Source of the DNA: Candidatus Poribacteria bacterium
GTDB lineage: Bacteria > Poribacteria > WGA-4E > WGA-3G
Direction of reading: 5' to 3'
Length of the DNA stretch: 64,000 nt
Assembly: GCA_965242965.1 (NCBI GenBank)
Contig: OZ251518.1
Coordinates: forward strand, 2,688,001 to 2,752,000
Below, piece by piece: positions 10,695 through 20,431 of this stretch. The notes beneath the pieces are model-generated. The model made no database searches and was not told the DNA's origin. It was given only the letters and a program-made list of their open reading frames with translations. Within the stretch, counting starts at the first letter, position 1; every line of letters starts with the position of its first letter. A program made the position numbers and the translations under genes.

Positions 10695-11096
10695 TTTTTA
10701 TTCTCCTTAAGACTCACTTACGCAAACCGCCGAACCCGTAAGCGCGGTTTGAAACAGCACCTACCGGCACGTATGGCTCTTTGCTCAAGCGTGCCTTTTA
10801 GTCGTTCACCATCTCGGCTGTCCACTGTTGCAAGAACAATCTCGCAACAGCCGCTTTTTTTCGTAGCGCGGAAGACCATCCCCCGCGAACTCTCCACCGA
10901 AATGGGAGCGAATTTCATAGCCTACAAACTATTTAATATATTATACCACATTTCCAACTAAAAAGCAAGAAAAAATGACAAACCCAGACGATTTAGTTTT
11001 CTATTTTCGGATATTTGATGGAAATGACAGATTTCTATAGGTGTCAACTTGCCAACGAGCGATTTTTTGTTGCATCAATTGTGAAAATATGTTAAA

Positions 11097-11732
11097 ATGA
11101 TATTCCAGCATCGCAGCAGTCCTATTTTAAATGCTGCGAACTGTGCTGTTTGTCATCTCAACCCATGGAAATTGTCTAAATTTTCGTATCAACTTATGAG
11201 GGAAAAAGAGAAGCATCCTCAGAATGAAGACCGTCGGGTGCCCCGCGGTATCGTCCAAGCCTTTCTTGGGCTTGTTTACTTCGGGACATACCTCACTATT
11301 GCGAATTCTGTAAATCCGCAAGCAACGCTCATCGAGTTCCTAAAAGTGCATAGCAGTGCTGCGCAAGTTATTTCTGCTGCAGGCGTGCTTGCAACGGAAG
11401 TCCTTCAATGGGCTTTCAAGGAACTGAAACGCTGGTTCAGCAGGAGAATAATGATGTGGCTATTTCAAGCATCTGGAGAAGACCCGCTCAAAGAACTGAG
11501 ACAACTCCGCAAGCAGAGTAAGGAGTTGGAAGAACTCCGCGAGGAGACTAAAGAGCTGGAAGAACTCCGCGAAGAGAATAAGGAGTTGAAAGCATTCCAC
11601 GAGCGTTATTCTCAATGGGAGCGCGAAAAGGCAGCACTTGAGACTGAAAACGCGTCTCTCCGTCAACGCAACACCGAGTTAGAAAACGGGAAAGCCGCCG
11701 CAGCCGACACCTCCGATTCCGCCGATGGCTAA
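11097..11732 (+). CDS. hypothetical membrane protein with coiled-coil (KELEELREE decad repeats)
   Basis: Hydrophobic segments followed by 10-aa repeats at about 11490-11590; true start uncertain. Confidence 0.6.
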   Translation: MIFQHRSSPILNAANCAVCHLNPWKLSKFSYQLMREKEKHPQNEDRRVPRGIVQAFLGLVYFGTYLTIANSVNPQATLIEFLKVHSSAAQVISAAGVLATEVLQWAFKELKRWFSRRIMMWLFQASGEDPLKELRQLRKQSKELEELREETKELEELREENKELKAFHERYSQWEREKAALETENASLRQRNTELENGKAAAADTSDSADG

Positions 11733-11771
11733 CCCGCCGAATCGCCCCCGGTTACGCCGAAAGGAAACGTC

Positions 11772-14700
11772 ATGAAAGCACGATTCCTTTCGCAACGGGC
11801 GCGCGCTAGACTCACAACTATGCCAACACTTAACCTCAAACCAACACATAGGGCCATAACCACCTACTACGCCGCATTGGAGCGGTATCAACACCACGGA
11901 ATCACGCACGAGACAGCGGTGCGCGCCGCGTTTCAAGCACTCCTAGAAACCTGCGCGAGGCAGATGAATTGGACGCTTATCTGTGAATATACGCTCCGCA
12001 TCCCCGGCAGAAATCCGATCCGGCTCGATGGCGCGCTGCTGGATAAGCACAACCTGCCGCGCGGCACCTGGGAGGCAAAAGGCGTTCACGGAAATCTCCG
12101 CGCCGAAATCCAAACCAAATTTGACGCAGGCTACCCGCAAGATAACATCCTCTTCCAAACGCCGGAACGCGCCATCTTATACCAAAACGGCCGCGAAGTG
12201 CTGGACGCGGACATCACCGATGCGGACACGCTCGTCTCGGTGCTGAGGACGTTCTTCGCTTACGAACGCGAACACGCCGCCGAATGGGAAACCGCCATCG
12301 CTGAATTCCGCGACATCGTGCCGGAACTTAAACGCGAAGTTGAGGCACTCATCCAGACGCAACACCAGACTAACAAGGTATTCCGTAACGCTTTCGCCGA
12401 TTTCCACCAACTCTGCCAGAACACGATTAACCCGAATCTCTCGCGCACCGCCGTGGAGGAAATGCTCATCCAGCATCTCCTGACAGAACGCACCTTCCGC
12501 ACCGTGTTTGACAATCCTGACTTCACACGCCGGAATATCATCGCAAAGGAAATCGAAAAGGTCATCAATGCCCTCGCATCCCGCGCCTTCAGCCGAAACG
12601 AATTCCTCCGAAACCTCGACAGGTTTTATCGTGCCGTTGAACGGGAAGCGGCGACACTCGTCGACTTTTCACAAAAACAGCATTTCCTCAACACCGTCTA
12701 CGAACAGTTTTTTCAGGGCGCGTCCGCGGATGTCGCCGATACGCACGGCATCGTCTACACCCCGCAACCCATCGTCGATTTCATGGTGAAGAGCGTTGAC
12801 TTTCTGCTCCAAACCGAATTCGGGCGTTCCCTCTCGGACAAGGGTGTGCACATCATCGATGCGTTCGTCGGCACCGGCAATTTCATCGTTCGCCTGATAC
12901 GCGAGATTGACGAATTCCGCCTAGAAGAAAAGTATCGTTCCGAACTCTGGGGCAACGAGGTTCTATTATTGCCCTACTATATCGCCAGCCTCAACATCGA
13001 ACACGAATTTTATGACATCACGCAGCAATACGTGCCGTTTGAAGGCATCTCCCTCGTGGATACGTTCGATCTGGCGGAAAATCGGCAGTTGTCGCTCTTA
13101 ACACAAGAAAACACTGAACGCGTGGAGAGACAGAAGGCATCTCCCATGTTTGTCGTCATCGGCAATCCGCCCTATAACGTCGGGCAGAAGAGCGAGAACG
13201 ATAACAACAAAAATCGCAAATACGCCGCCATGGATGCACGCATAGAGGAAACCTACGTCAAAGCCTCCACATCCACACTGCGAAAGGCACTCTATGACCC
13301 TTACGTCAAATCACTTCGCTGGGCATCCGATAGAATCGGCAAAGAGGGCATCGTCGCCCTTGTCACGAATAACAGTTTTCTTGACGGCACGTCGTTTGAC
13401 GGTATGCGGAAACATCTCGCCGAAGAGTTCGACCGGCTCTATATCCTCGACCTGGGTGGAAATGCGCGCACGGATACACTCGTCTCCGATGCGAGTGTGT
13501 TCGGTGTCCAAGTCGGCGTGAGTATCAACTTTTTCGTCAAAGGCCCGTCTTCTACCGTAGCGCGGGGGCCTGTCCCCCGCGATGGCGAGGAAAATTCTGC
13601 ACGCATCTTCTACTTCCGCACCGATGACGCGTGGAACAAAAACCAAAAATTTGAATTCCTCGCGCACACCGAACACGTCGGTAATGTCCCGTGGCAAACG
13701 CTTCAACCCGATGCGCGGCACACTTGGCTCACCGAAGGACTCAACACCGAATTTTTGACGTTCCTCCCGATAGGCAGCAAGACAACAAAACGGATGAAAG
13801 GCGAGGCAACCGGCGCGATTTTCCATCAATACAGCCCCGGTGCCAGTACAGGGCGCGATGGCTGGACTTACAACTTCAATCGGCACGCGCTCTCGGAAAA
13901 CGTGCAAAGCATGAGCGATGTCTATAACGAGCATGTCATTAGGTGGCGCGGACTAGAGGACAAACAGGATGTCAATGTCGACAACTTTGTCGATAACGAT
14001 GAAAAGAAGATTAAGTGGAGCCGCGACTTAAAGGCGAAGTTGAAGCGCGAACGGCTCGCCGAATTCGCTCAGAGCCGCATACAAACGGCTCTCTACCGTC
14101 CGTTCACGAAAATGCATTTATACTCTGATAAAATCCTGAATGATCGGATGTTTCCATCTACGATTTTTCCAACCTCGGGGGGAAAAGAAAATCGGGTGCT
14201 CTGTGTCAATGTGACGCGAGAGAGACCTTTTATGTGCCTGATGGTTGACTGCATTCCGGCACGCGCGATGACAGGAGGGTTTGGTGCACCTGCGCAATGC
14301 TTCCCTTTCTACATCTACGACGAAGATGGCACAAACCGTCGAGAAAACATTACCGACTGGGCATTGTCTGCATTCCGCGCGCATTACGGCGACGATACCC
14401 TCACCAAGTGGGACATCTTCCACTATATCTATGGGCTCCTGCACCATCCGAAGTATCGCGAACGTTACGCCGCCGATTTGAAGCGCGATTTGCCGCACAT
14501 TCCGTATGCGGCGGATTTCTGGGCATTCGCCGATGCAGGTGCGCAACTCGCCGAACTGCACGTCAACTACGAAGCGCAACCGCAGTACCCGTTGGAGCCT
14601 CGGCGAAAAGCGGACAGCCCGCGTGATTTGCGCGTTACGCGGATGCGGTTGTCGAAAGATCAGACAGAGTTGATTTACAATGCGTATCTCACGTTGGCAG

Positions 14701-14915
14701 GCGTGCCGGCGAAGGCGTTGGAATATCGGTTAGGCACGCGTTCGGCGTTGGAGTGGCTGATCGACCAGTATCAGGTGGATTCTCGCCGCACAATTGCCAA
14801 TAATCCGAACGATGCGTCGGATCCGCGGGCCATTGTAAAGTTAATCGGTTCGGTGATTACGGTGAGTTTGAAGACATTGGAGATTGTTGAGCGGTTGCCG
14901 GAAACGTTCTATTGA
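11772..14915 (+). CDS. single-chain restriction-modification enzyme (type IIG / type ISP-like: PD-(D/E)xK nuclease, N6-adenine MTase, C-terminal specificity domain)
   Basis: LDG..WEAK, IVYTP, DAFVGTGNF, GNPPY, YRPF, DIFHYIYGLLH..YRERY; alternative start 11820. Confidence 0.85.
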   Translation: MKARFLSQRARARLTTMPTLNLKPTHRAITTYYAALERYQHHGITHETAVRAAFQALLETCARQMNWTLICEYTLRIPGRNPIRLDGALLDKHNLPRGTWEAKGVHGNLRAEIQTKFDAGYPQDNILFQTPERAILYQNGREVLDADITDADTLVSVLRTFFAYEREHAAEWETAIAEFRDIVPELKREVEALIQTQHQTNKVFRNAFADFHQLCQNTINPNLSRTAVEEMLIQHLLTERTFRTVFDNPDFTRRNIIAKEIEKVINALASRAFSRNEFLRNLDRFYRAVEREAATLVDFSQKQHFLNTVYEQFFQGASADVADTHGIVYTPQPIVDFMVKSVDFLLQTEFGRSLSDKGVHIIDAFVGTGNFIVRLIREIDEFRLEEKYRSELWGNEVLLLPYYIASLNIEHEFYDITQQYVPFEGISLVDTFDLAENRQLSLLTQENTERVERQKASPMFVVIGNPPYNVGQKSENDNNKNRKYAAMDARIEETYVKASTSTLRKALYDPYVKSLRWASDRIGKEGIVALVTNNSFLDGTSFDGMRKHLAEEFDRLYILDLGGNARTDTLVSDASVFGVQVGVSINFFVKGPSSTVARGPVPRDGEENSARIFYFRTDDAWNKNQKFEFLAHTEHVGNVPWQTLQPDARHTWLTEGLNTEFLTFLPIGSKTTKRMKGEATGAIFHQYSPGASTGRDGWTYNFNRHALSENVQSMSDVYNEHVIRWRGLEDKQDVNVDNFVDNDEKKIKWSRDLKAKLKRERLAEFAQSRIQTALYRPFTKMHLYSDKILNDRMFPSTIFPTSGGKENRVLCVNVTRERPFMCLMVDCIPARAMTGGFGAPAQCFPFYIYDEDGTNRRENITDWALSAFRAHYGDDTLTKWDIFHYIYGLLHHPKYRERYAADLKRDLPHIPYAADFWAFADAGAQLAELHVNYEAQPQYPLEPRRKADSPRDLRVTRMRLSKDQTELIYNAYLTLAGVPAKALEYRLGTRSALEWLIDQYQVDSRRTIANNPNDASDPRAIVKLIGSVITVSLKTLEIVERLPETFY

Positions 14916-14926
14916 ACGCTCGCGCC

Positions 14927-15128
14927 GGTAGGCGAGACCTCCCGGTCTCGATGCGTTCTCTTTCACCATTGAACGTTCGCGGGGGACAGGCCCCCGCGCT
15001 ACGGGACGCAGGCATCCTCTTTCACCGTAGGGCGAGGGCCTGTCCCTCGCCATGCCCCGCATCGATAAAATGTCCCTTCTGTCTGAATCAGGATTATCAG
15101 GATGATAGGATTTTCAGGATTAGGGCAT
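14927..15128. repeat. cluster of GTAG-REP palindromes plus tgtctgaatcaggat arm
   Basis: gtaggcgagacctcccggtctcg, cgcgggggacaggcccccgcgctac, gtagggcgagggcctgtccctcgcc. Confidence 0.85.
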
Positions 15129-15172
15129 TTGATTCATCCGAGAGTTTTTAGGTCCTTAATGGGGGATACAAC

Positions 15173-15457
15173 GTGAGAAGAAGCCTGATTCTCCAATCGA
15201 TTCGACAGAAAATCGTTAAGAATCGCTATCAGATAACCGAACATGCTATAGATGAAATGCGTCATGACGCATTCTCAACGGTTGACGTAAAACATGCGAT
15301 TCGTCGTGGGCGGCTGGTCCAACGGTTTACCTATGACCCGAGAGGGACTCGATATCGGATTTTGGGACCTGCGCGCGATGGGAGAGAGGTTAACGTGATT
15401 TGTCGGATTTTAGACTCGGAAGAATTACGAATCATAACCGTTTACGCAGAGGAGTAA
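15173..15457 (+). CDS. DUF4258 family putative toxin
   Basis: ITEHAIDEM..DPRGTRYRILG..RIITVY pattern. Confidence 0.8.
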   Translation: MRRSLILQSIRQKIVKNRYQITEHAIDEMRHDAFSTVDVKHAIRRGRLVQRFTYDPRGTRYRILGPARDGREVNVICRILDSEELRIITVYAEE

Positions 15458-15463
15458 CGAACC

Positions 15464-15700
15464 ATGAAAGCACACGTCTGTGAATTTTGCAACGGCGACA
15501 TTCGCCAACGTAAGGTTACCGTCAACCATTGGTATGAAGGCACCCTCGTCATCATCAAGGATGTGCCCGTCGGAGTCTGTGGGGAATGTGGGCATCGGTA
15601 TTATGCGGGGAAGACGCTTGACGCGCTAGATACCCTCGCACAGAACAGCGAGATGGCGCAGGAAAGAATCTCCGTCCCCGTGATGGTGATGGATTCTTGA
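15464..15700 (+). CDS. YgiT-type zinc-finger (MqsA-like) antitoxin
   Basis: CEFC..IIKDVPVGVCGECG..YY. Confidence 0.85.
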   Translation: MKAHVCEFCNGDIRQRKVTVNHWYEGTLVIIKDVPVGVCGECGHRYYAGKTLDALDTLAQNSEMAQERISVPVMVMDS

Positions 15701-15718
15701 TCTTTCCGTTCGTGAGTG

Positions 15719-17626
15719 TTACCAACTCAAATAGACGACGCGGAAATCGAGGATGAGCCCCAAGATACTAATCACCGATGCCACGATGACATCGCCGATG
15801 ACGAGCCCGATGAAAAAGGGTATTGCGCGCCGATACAGCCGCACGCCGCCTGTCGAAAGCAAAATTCGCTTTATGATCCAACTGATAAGCAGCGGAAACC
15901 ACAGCCCGGTAAACGTCCACCAACTAGAGACAACGTAGCCGACAGGATGCAGGGGCCATTGGATAAATCGCCAGCGCAACAAGAGGAGACTCACGGCGAA
16001 GACGAACCCGCCAGCCGTGTAGAGCAATCCGCTGACGCTAGTCTCACTCGGATTGTAGAGCCAGCCGGCGAGGCGGTTGAATGCGGCGCGTGCATACCAC
16101 GAACGTGCCTGCTCTAACCCTACCTGATAGGAGAGGTGCAGATGCCCCCACGCCGCCGATAGTGCGCCGACGAAAATCGCAATGGCTAATACCCACAACA
16201 GGTGCGTCGGATTAAAACGGGTTTGGTGCGCGAGTTTCAGTGCCTCCAGTTGATGCGGCATCGGATGCGCGCGATAAGCGAGGTGGTTCAGCCAGAAGAA
16301 AAGCGACATGACAGAGAGATTGCGAGGCCCAATCCGGCGCGTGCCGAATGCATCCGTTAACAGCAGGTCTGGGCCAGCGTTATAGAGGTCGTGCGCGGGC
16401 GGACCGAGTTCAGCACGGATGCGCGTAATTGTCACTGACATCGCGAAATAGAGGACGAAAAAGAGGAGCGCGAACCAGAGGGACATCCCCGCCTTAACGC
16501 AGAATCCCAGAATGATGATGAGTCCGAGCAGCGCACCGAGTGCGGCGGTTTTATAGCGCATCGCTTCACCTGTATCGTGCGGCGTTTTGCCGGTGCCGAA
16601 CACGGCGCGCCAGATTGCGCGGATGTGCGCGCGTCCCATCCATACCGTCCAGAGGAATAGTGCTATCCATACGCCTCGGATTTGCGCCATCTCGCGCGGA
16701 AACCCGATGGCACTGCGCCAGCCGAAACTCTCGCCGACGATGCGTTCAAAGTGCCAGAAAAGATGGAAAAACCAGCAGGAGAAACCCAGGTCGAGTGGGA
16801 TTAAGAAGCCGACACCGATAGCGAACGGGAAGAAACTGATGCGGAAGCCGGGGTTATTCATCGCGCTCCACGGTTTCTCGGCGAGGCGAAACCCGCGATA
16901 GAGCGGAATTGTTGGAAAAACCGGATCGATCTGGTGTAAACTATAGAGTAGGTTGAGGAGAGCGGCGATGCCTAATCCGACTGCCATCGTTCGCCGGTTG
17001 AAAAACGCGCTTTTTCCTTGCGTGATTTCATAAGGCAGCTGCGCGATAGGATACGTGAGGCGTTCGTGCTCCTGCCACTGCCTGCGGAGAAGCACGTTGA
17101 GGCACAGCATCGTCACGCCGATGACAAGGCAGAACGCCACCCAGATGAGCGTCGGCAGCAGCCACGCGTTGATGTGGGTTTGCAGGTAGAGTGTGGATTC
17201 GCCCTCATAGAAACCGCGCAATACTTCCTGCTTCCCGACGACGAGCCATTCGGGAAGATGCTGATGGAAGAGTTGTGCCCATTCGTTTTCAGGTGTGGCA
17301 TACCAAAACCCGTTGCCGAGGAGTGGCATGAGCACTTGGAGCATATCGCGTCCGGCGAAGACAGAGGCTTGGCAGAGCATCGCGTAGATAGTCAGCAGCT
17401 CGGTTTGCGTCAACGCTAGCCGCGGCCGGAAGCGGCGCAGCAATGCGCTGATGCCGATGAGGACGAGCAAAGTGAACAGCACATTGAACAGCAACGCCAA
17501 ACTCGTCGGACGGTTGGAGTCCCAAATGTAACTGAGATGCAAAATCCAGTAACTGTTAAAGGGGATGAGAACAATACCGATGAGGGTTGCGCGTAAGGTG
17601 ATGGGGCTCGTTGCTGTTGGGGACAT
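15719..17626 (-). CDS. multi-pass membrane protein (DUF6785/DUF6784-like, putative transporter)
   Basis: RRQWQEHERLTYPIAQLP, RIRAELG, WPLHPVG, GGVRLYRRAIPFFIGL; paralog at 51331-53262. Confidence 0.75.
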   Translation of the reverse strand: MSPTATSPITLRATLIGIVLIPFNSYWILHLSYIWDSNRPTSLALLFNVLFTLLVLIGISALLRRFRPRLALTQTELLTIYAMLCQASVFAGRDMLQVLMPLLGNGFWYATPENEWAQLFHQHLPEWLVVGKQEVLRGFYEGESTLYLQTHINAWLLPTLIWVAFCLVIGVTMLCLNVLLRRQWQEHERLTYPIAQLPYEITQGKSAFFNRRTMAVGLGIAALLNLLYSLHQIDPVFPTIPLYRGFRLAEKPWSAMNNPGFRISFFPFAIGVGFLIPLDLGFSCWFFHLFWHFERIVGESFGWRSAIGFPREMAQIRGVWIALFLWTVWMGRAHIRAIWRAVFGTGKTPHDTGEAMRYKTAALGALLGLIIILGFCVKAGMSLWFALLFFVLYFAMSVTITRIRAELGPPAHDLYNAGPDLLLTDAFGTRRIGPRNLSVMSLFFWLNHLAYRAHPMPHQLEALKLAHQTRFNPTHLLWVLAIAIFVGALSAAWGHLHLSYQVGLEQARSWYARAAFNRLAGWLYNPSETSVSGLLYTAGGFVFAVSLLLLRWRFIQWPLHPVGYVVSSWWTFTGLWFPLLISWIIKRILLSTGGVRLYRRAIPFFIGLVIGDVIVASVISILGLILDFRVVYLSW

Positions 17627-17792
17627 ATCTTATCAAATTGCGTTTCGTCTCTAATCGTCTCCCTCTCCGCCGAACGTTCTCGTGGGGTAGGAGAGCCCTC
17701 TTGCAGTAGGAGAGACCTCCTGGTCTCGATGCCTGCCGGTAGGAGAGCCCTCCCGGTCTCGATGCTTCAGGAAGACTGTCCCTCGTCACCGA

Positions 17793-18063
17793 ACGTTCGC
17801 GGGGGACAGGCCCCCGCGCTACGGACACGGCGCACGTTTCACGTCCGCGGGGGACAGGCCCCCGCGCTACGAACACGGCGCAGGGTTCACGCTCGCGGAG
17901 GACAGGCATTCGCGTTACGGATTCGGCGCAGGTTTCACGTTCGCGGGGGACAGGCCCCCGCGCTACGGCTCCGGCACCTGTTTCACGTTCGCGGGGGACA
18001 GGCCCCCGCGCTACGGCTCCGGCACCTGTTTTACGTTCGCGGGGGACAGGCCCCCGCGCTACG
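17793..18063. repeat. 48-nt-period tandem array of six GTAG-REP palindromes
   Basis: acgttcgcgggggacaggcccccgcgctacg (with variants) at 17793, 17841, 17889, 17937, 17985, 18033. Confidence 0.9.
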
Positions 18064-18089
18064 TTAGAGTTTGAATAAAGGAAAAAAAT

Positions 18090-18308
18090 ATGCTAATAAC
18101 TGTTTTCGGTTTGATAGTTTTAGTGATGATAGGCGGCGGCGTGTTGCTTTCACGCTTAGCAACGGTTGCGAAATCCAAAGGTTCGTGGGTATGGGGATTC
18201 TTCATTCTCATCCTGCTCATCTGCGTGCCGCTTTTGCTGTTAGGGATAGGCGCGTTGTTCCTCTTCGTTAACGACGTGAATATGCCATCATTCCCGACAG
18301 GGAATTAA
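18090..18308 (+). CDS. small two-TM membrane protein
   Basis: AAGGA RBS, two hydrophobic helices. Confidence 0.6.
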   Translation: MLITVFGLIVLVMIGGGVLLSRLATVAKSKGSWVWGFFILILLICVPLLLLGIGALFLFVNDVNMPSFPTGN

Positions 18309-18961
18309 TCGCGCGTTTTACCGGCGAGGTAGAGGAACCAGAAAGTCATGGCGACAGCGACGATAATCCACAGGATGCCCCACATCTCTGTCGAGAGGAA
18401 GGTTATCTCCGAGAGCATGCGCGCGTCAGAACGGAGATGTGCCCTATCTAGCACATCGCTTTTGATGTCAAGGATTGCGTAGAGGCAACTCGTTACGCCG
18501 ATAGTGCGCAGCACCCAATCGTTGGCGGCTTCCGGCAGAAACATCCCCATCGCGATGAGCCCGACAGCAAAACCGAGGCAGAAAAGAATGGTAAACAATT
18601 CTTTTCCGAACCCGATGCCGATGACTATCATGCCGATGCCGATGAGGATGCTGACAGCCTTATCCCATCGGGTGCGCGCCGCCACCAGCAGGATAATCCC
18701 GCCCCACATCAGACTGCCGAGATAGCCCGCGGTGAGCGTCCAGAACCGAGAACCGCCTCTGGTGAGCGCGTGTCCACCTTGTTGCGGGTTAATCTCAATT
18801 TCGACAATCTCTCCACCGGTGACTACGGCTGCGAGCCCGTGGCTGACTTCGTGCATAAACACGACGAAAATTTTGAGTGGATAGACAACTATGGTATCCC
18901 ACAGCAGTCCGATGGCGATGAAAATGAGCAGTAAGGCGATGTAGCGTTTGAAAAGTTCCAT
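18305..18961 (-). CDS. M50-family membrane metallopeptidase (peptidase M50B-like)
   Basis: HEVSHG zinc motif, AGYLG, SDA motif; start MELFKR at 18961. Confidence 0.85.
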   Translation of the reverse strand: MELFKRYIALLLIFIAIGLLWDTIVVYPLKIFVVFMHEVSHGLAAVVTGGEIVEIEINPQQGGHALTRGGSRFWTLTAGYLGSLMWGGIILLVAARTRWDKAVSILIGIGMIVIGIGFGKELFTILFCLGFAVGLIAMGMFLPEAANDWVLRTIGVTSCLYAILDIKSDVLDRAHLRSDARMLSEITFLSTEMWGILWIIVAVAMTFWFLYLAGKTRD

Positions 18962-19187
18962 TGTTTTTGTTGGTTTACCTTTGCGTTTTTGATTGCGGTG
19001 CCATTTAGTTTTCTGTTTCCGGTTCCCCTCAACGGCGGACAACTATAGAAATCTGTCCTTACAGGGCCCATCGAAGAACTAAATCGTTCTGTTTTTGCTT
19101 GCACATTAACTGCAAAATCTGTTATAGTAATACATAATACCATAGGATGCGAAAATTTAACAACCTAAAAAAACGAAAGCCTGCAGA

Positions 19188-20276
19188 ATGAACACATTTG
19201 GACACCTTTTTCGGATAACGACATGGGGAGAATCGCACGGCGGGGCAGTCGGCGTTGTTGTTGACGGATGCCCACCGCAACTCACCCTTGACATATCCGC
19301 AATACAATTTGAATTGAATCGGCGGAAACCCGGGCAGAGCCATCTCACCACACCGCGCCAAGAAGGCGATGAGATTGAGATTCTCTCCGGCGTTTTTGAA
19401 GGCACAACGCTCGGCACACCTATCTCGATGCTGGTGTGGAACAAAAACGCGCGTCCTTCAGATTACAAACACCTGAAGGATGTCTACCGTCCCTCGCACG
19501 CCGATTTTACGTATCAGCAGAAATACGGCATTCGGAATTGGCAGGGCGGCGGCAGGGCCAGCGCGCGCGAAACCATCGGCCGCGTCGCCGGTGGCGCGAT
19601 TGCCAAACAACTCCTGCGCGAGGCGTGTCAAACCGAAATCCTCGCTTACGTCAAGCAGATTCATACCTTGACAGCGGATGTTGACACCGATACAGTAACG
19701 CTGGAGCAGATAGAGGCAAGTCCGGTGCGATGCCCAAATCCTGACGTGAGCCCGAAGATGGCGGAACGGATTGACGCGGCAAGGCGGGACAGGGATTCTC
19801 TCGGCGGTGTGATTGAAAGCGTAGCGCGCAATGTCCCTATCGGACTCGGCGAACCGATTTTTGATAAACTCAAGGCTGATTTGGCGAAGGCGATGATGTC
19901 CCTCCCTGCAACGATGGGGTTCCAAATCGGTTCTGGATTCGGCGGCACCACGATGACAGGTTCGGAACATAACGATGCATTTTACAATGCGGATGGCCGC
20001 ATCCGCACCCGCACGAACAACTCTGGCGGCACGCAAGGCGGGATTTCAAACGGTGAAAATATCGTGTTTCAGGTGGCGTTTAAACCGACAGCCACTATCG
20101 GCAAGGTGCAGGAGACGGTGGATATTCACGGGAACGCGGTAGAATTAGCGGCGAGTGGAAGGCATGACGCTTGCGTGTTAGTGCGTGCACCGGCGATAGT
20201 AGAAGCGATGACGGCGTTGGTTCTGGCAGACCATCTCCTACGTCAGCGCGCGAGAACTCCCGCTGTTTCACCGTAG
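19188..20276 (+). CDS. aroC: chorismate synthase
   Basis: [40 protein letters not shown]. Confidence 0.97.
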   Translation: MNTFGHLFRITTWGESHGGAVGVVVDGCPPQLTLDISAIQFELNRRKPGQSHLTTPRQEGDEIEILSGVFEGTTLGTPISMLVWNKNARPSDYKHLKDVYRPSHADFTYQQKYGIRNWQGGGRASARETIGRVAGGAIAKQLLREACQTEILAYVKQIHTLTADVDTDTVTLEQIEASPVRCPNPDVSPKMAERIDAARRDRDSLGGVIESVARNVPIGLGEPIFDKLKADLAKAMMSLPATMGFQIGSGFGGTTMTGSEHNDAFYNADGRIRTRTNNSGGTQGGISNGENIVFQVAFKPTATIGKVQETVDIHGNAVELAASGRHDACVLVRAPAIVEAMTALVLADHLLRQRARTPAVSP

Positions 20277-20431
20277 GGCGCGGGCCTGTCCCGCGTCGTA
20301 TCCGATGTAAAGTTACCGCCACGTCATCGTAGGGCGCGGGCCTGTCCCGCGCCAAGCGCGGCGTAAGGACAGATTTCCATATTTGTCCATAGCCCACGAG
20401 ACGAACAACAGAACAGAAAAAGAAATACGTC

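Larger units (their letters stand above)
9355..10973. repeat. tandem duplication of a promoter-gene-3' module (units about 9355-10122 and 10123-10973)
   Basis: gtggatatggtcacccgccc starts both units; both end aaaagcaagaaaa. Confidence 0.9.

Noticed and set aside
17793-18063. CRISPR array
   Set aside because: Linkers are only 17 nt and homologous to each other, the repeat is the dispersed REP, and no cas genes are present.
17556-18067. ORFs with RGGQAPALR / VARGPVPR repeats (also 40347-40787, 45976-46284, 50942-51329)
   Set aside because: Translations of intergenic repeat clusters without RBS or protein-like composition.
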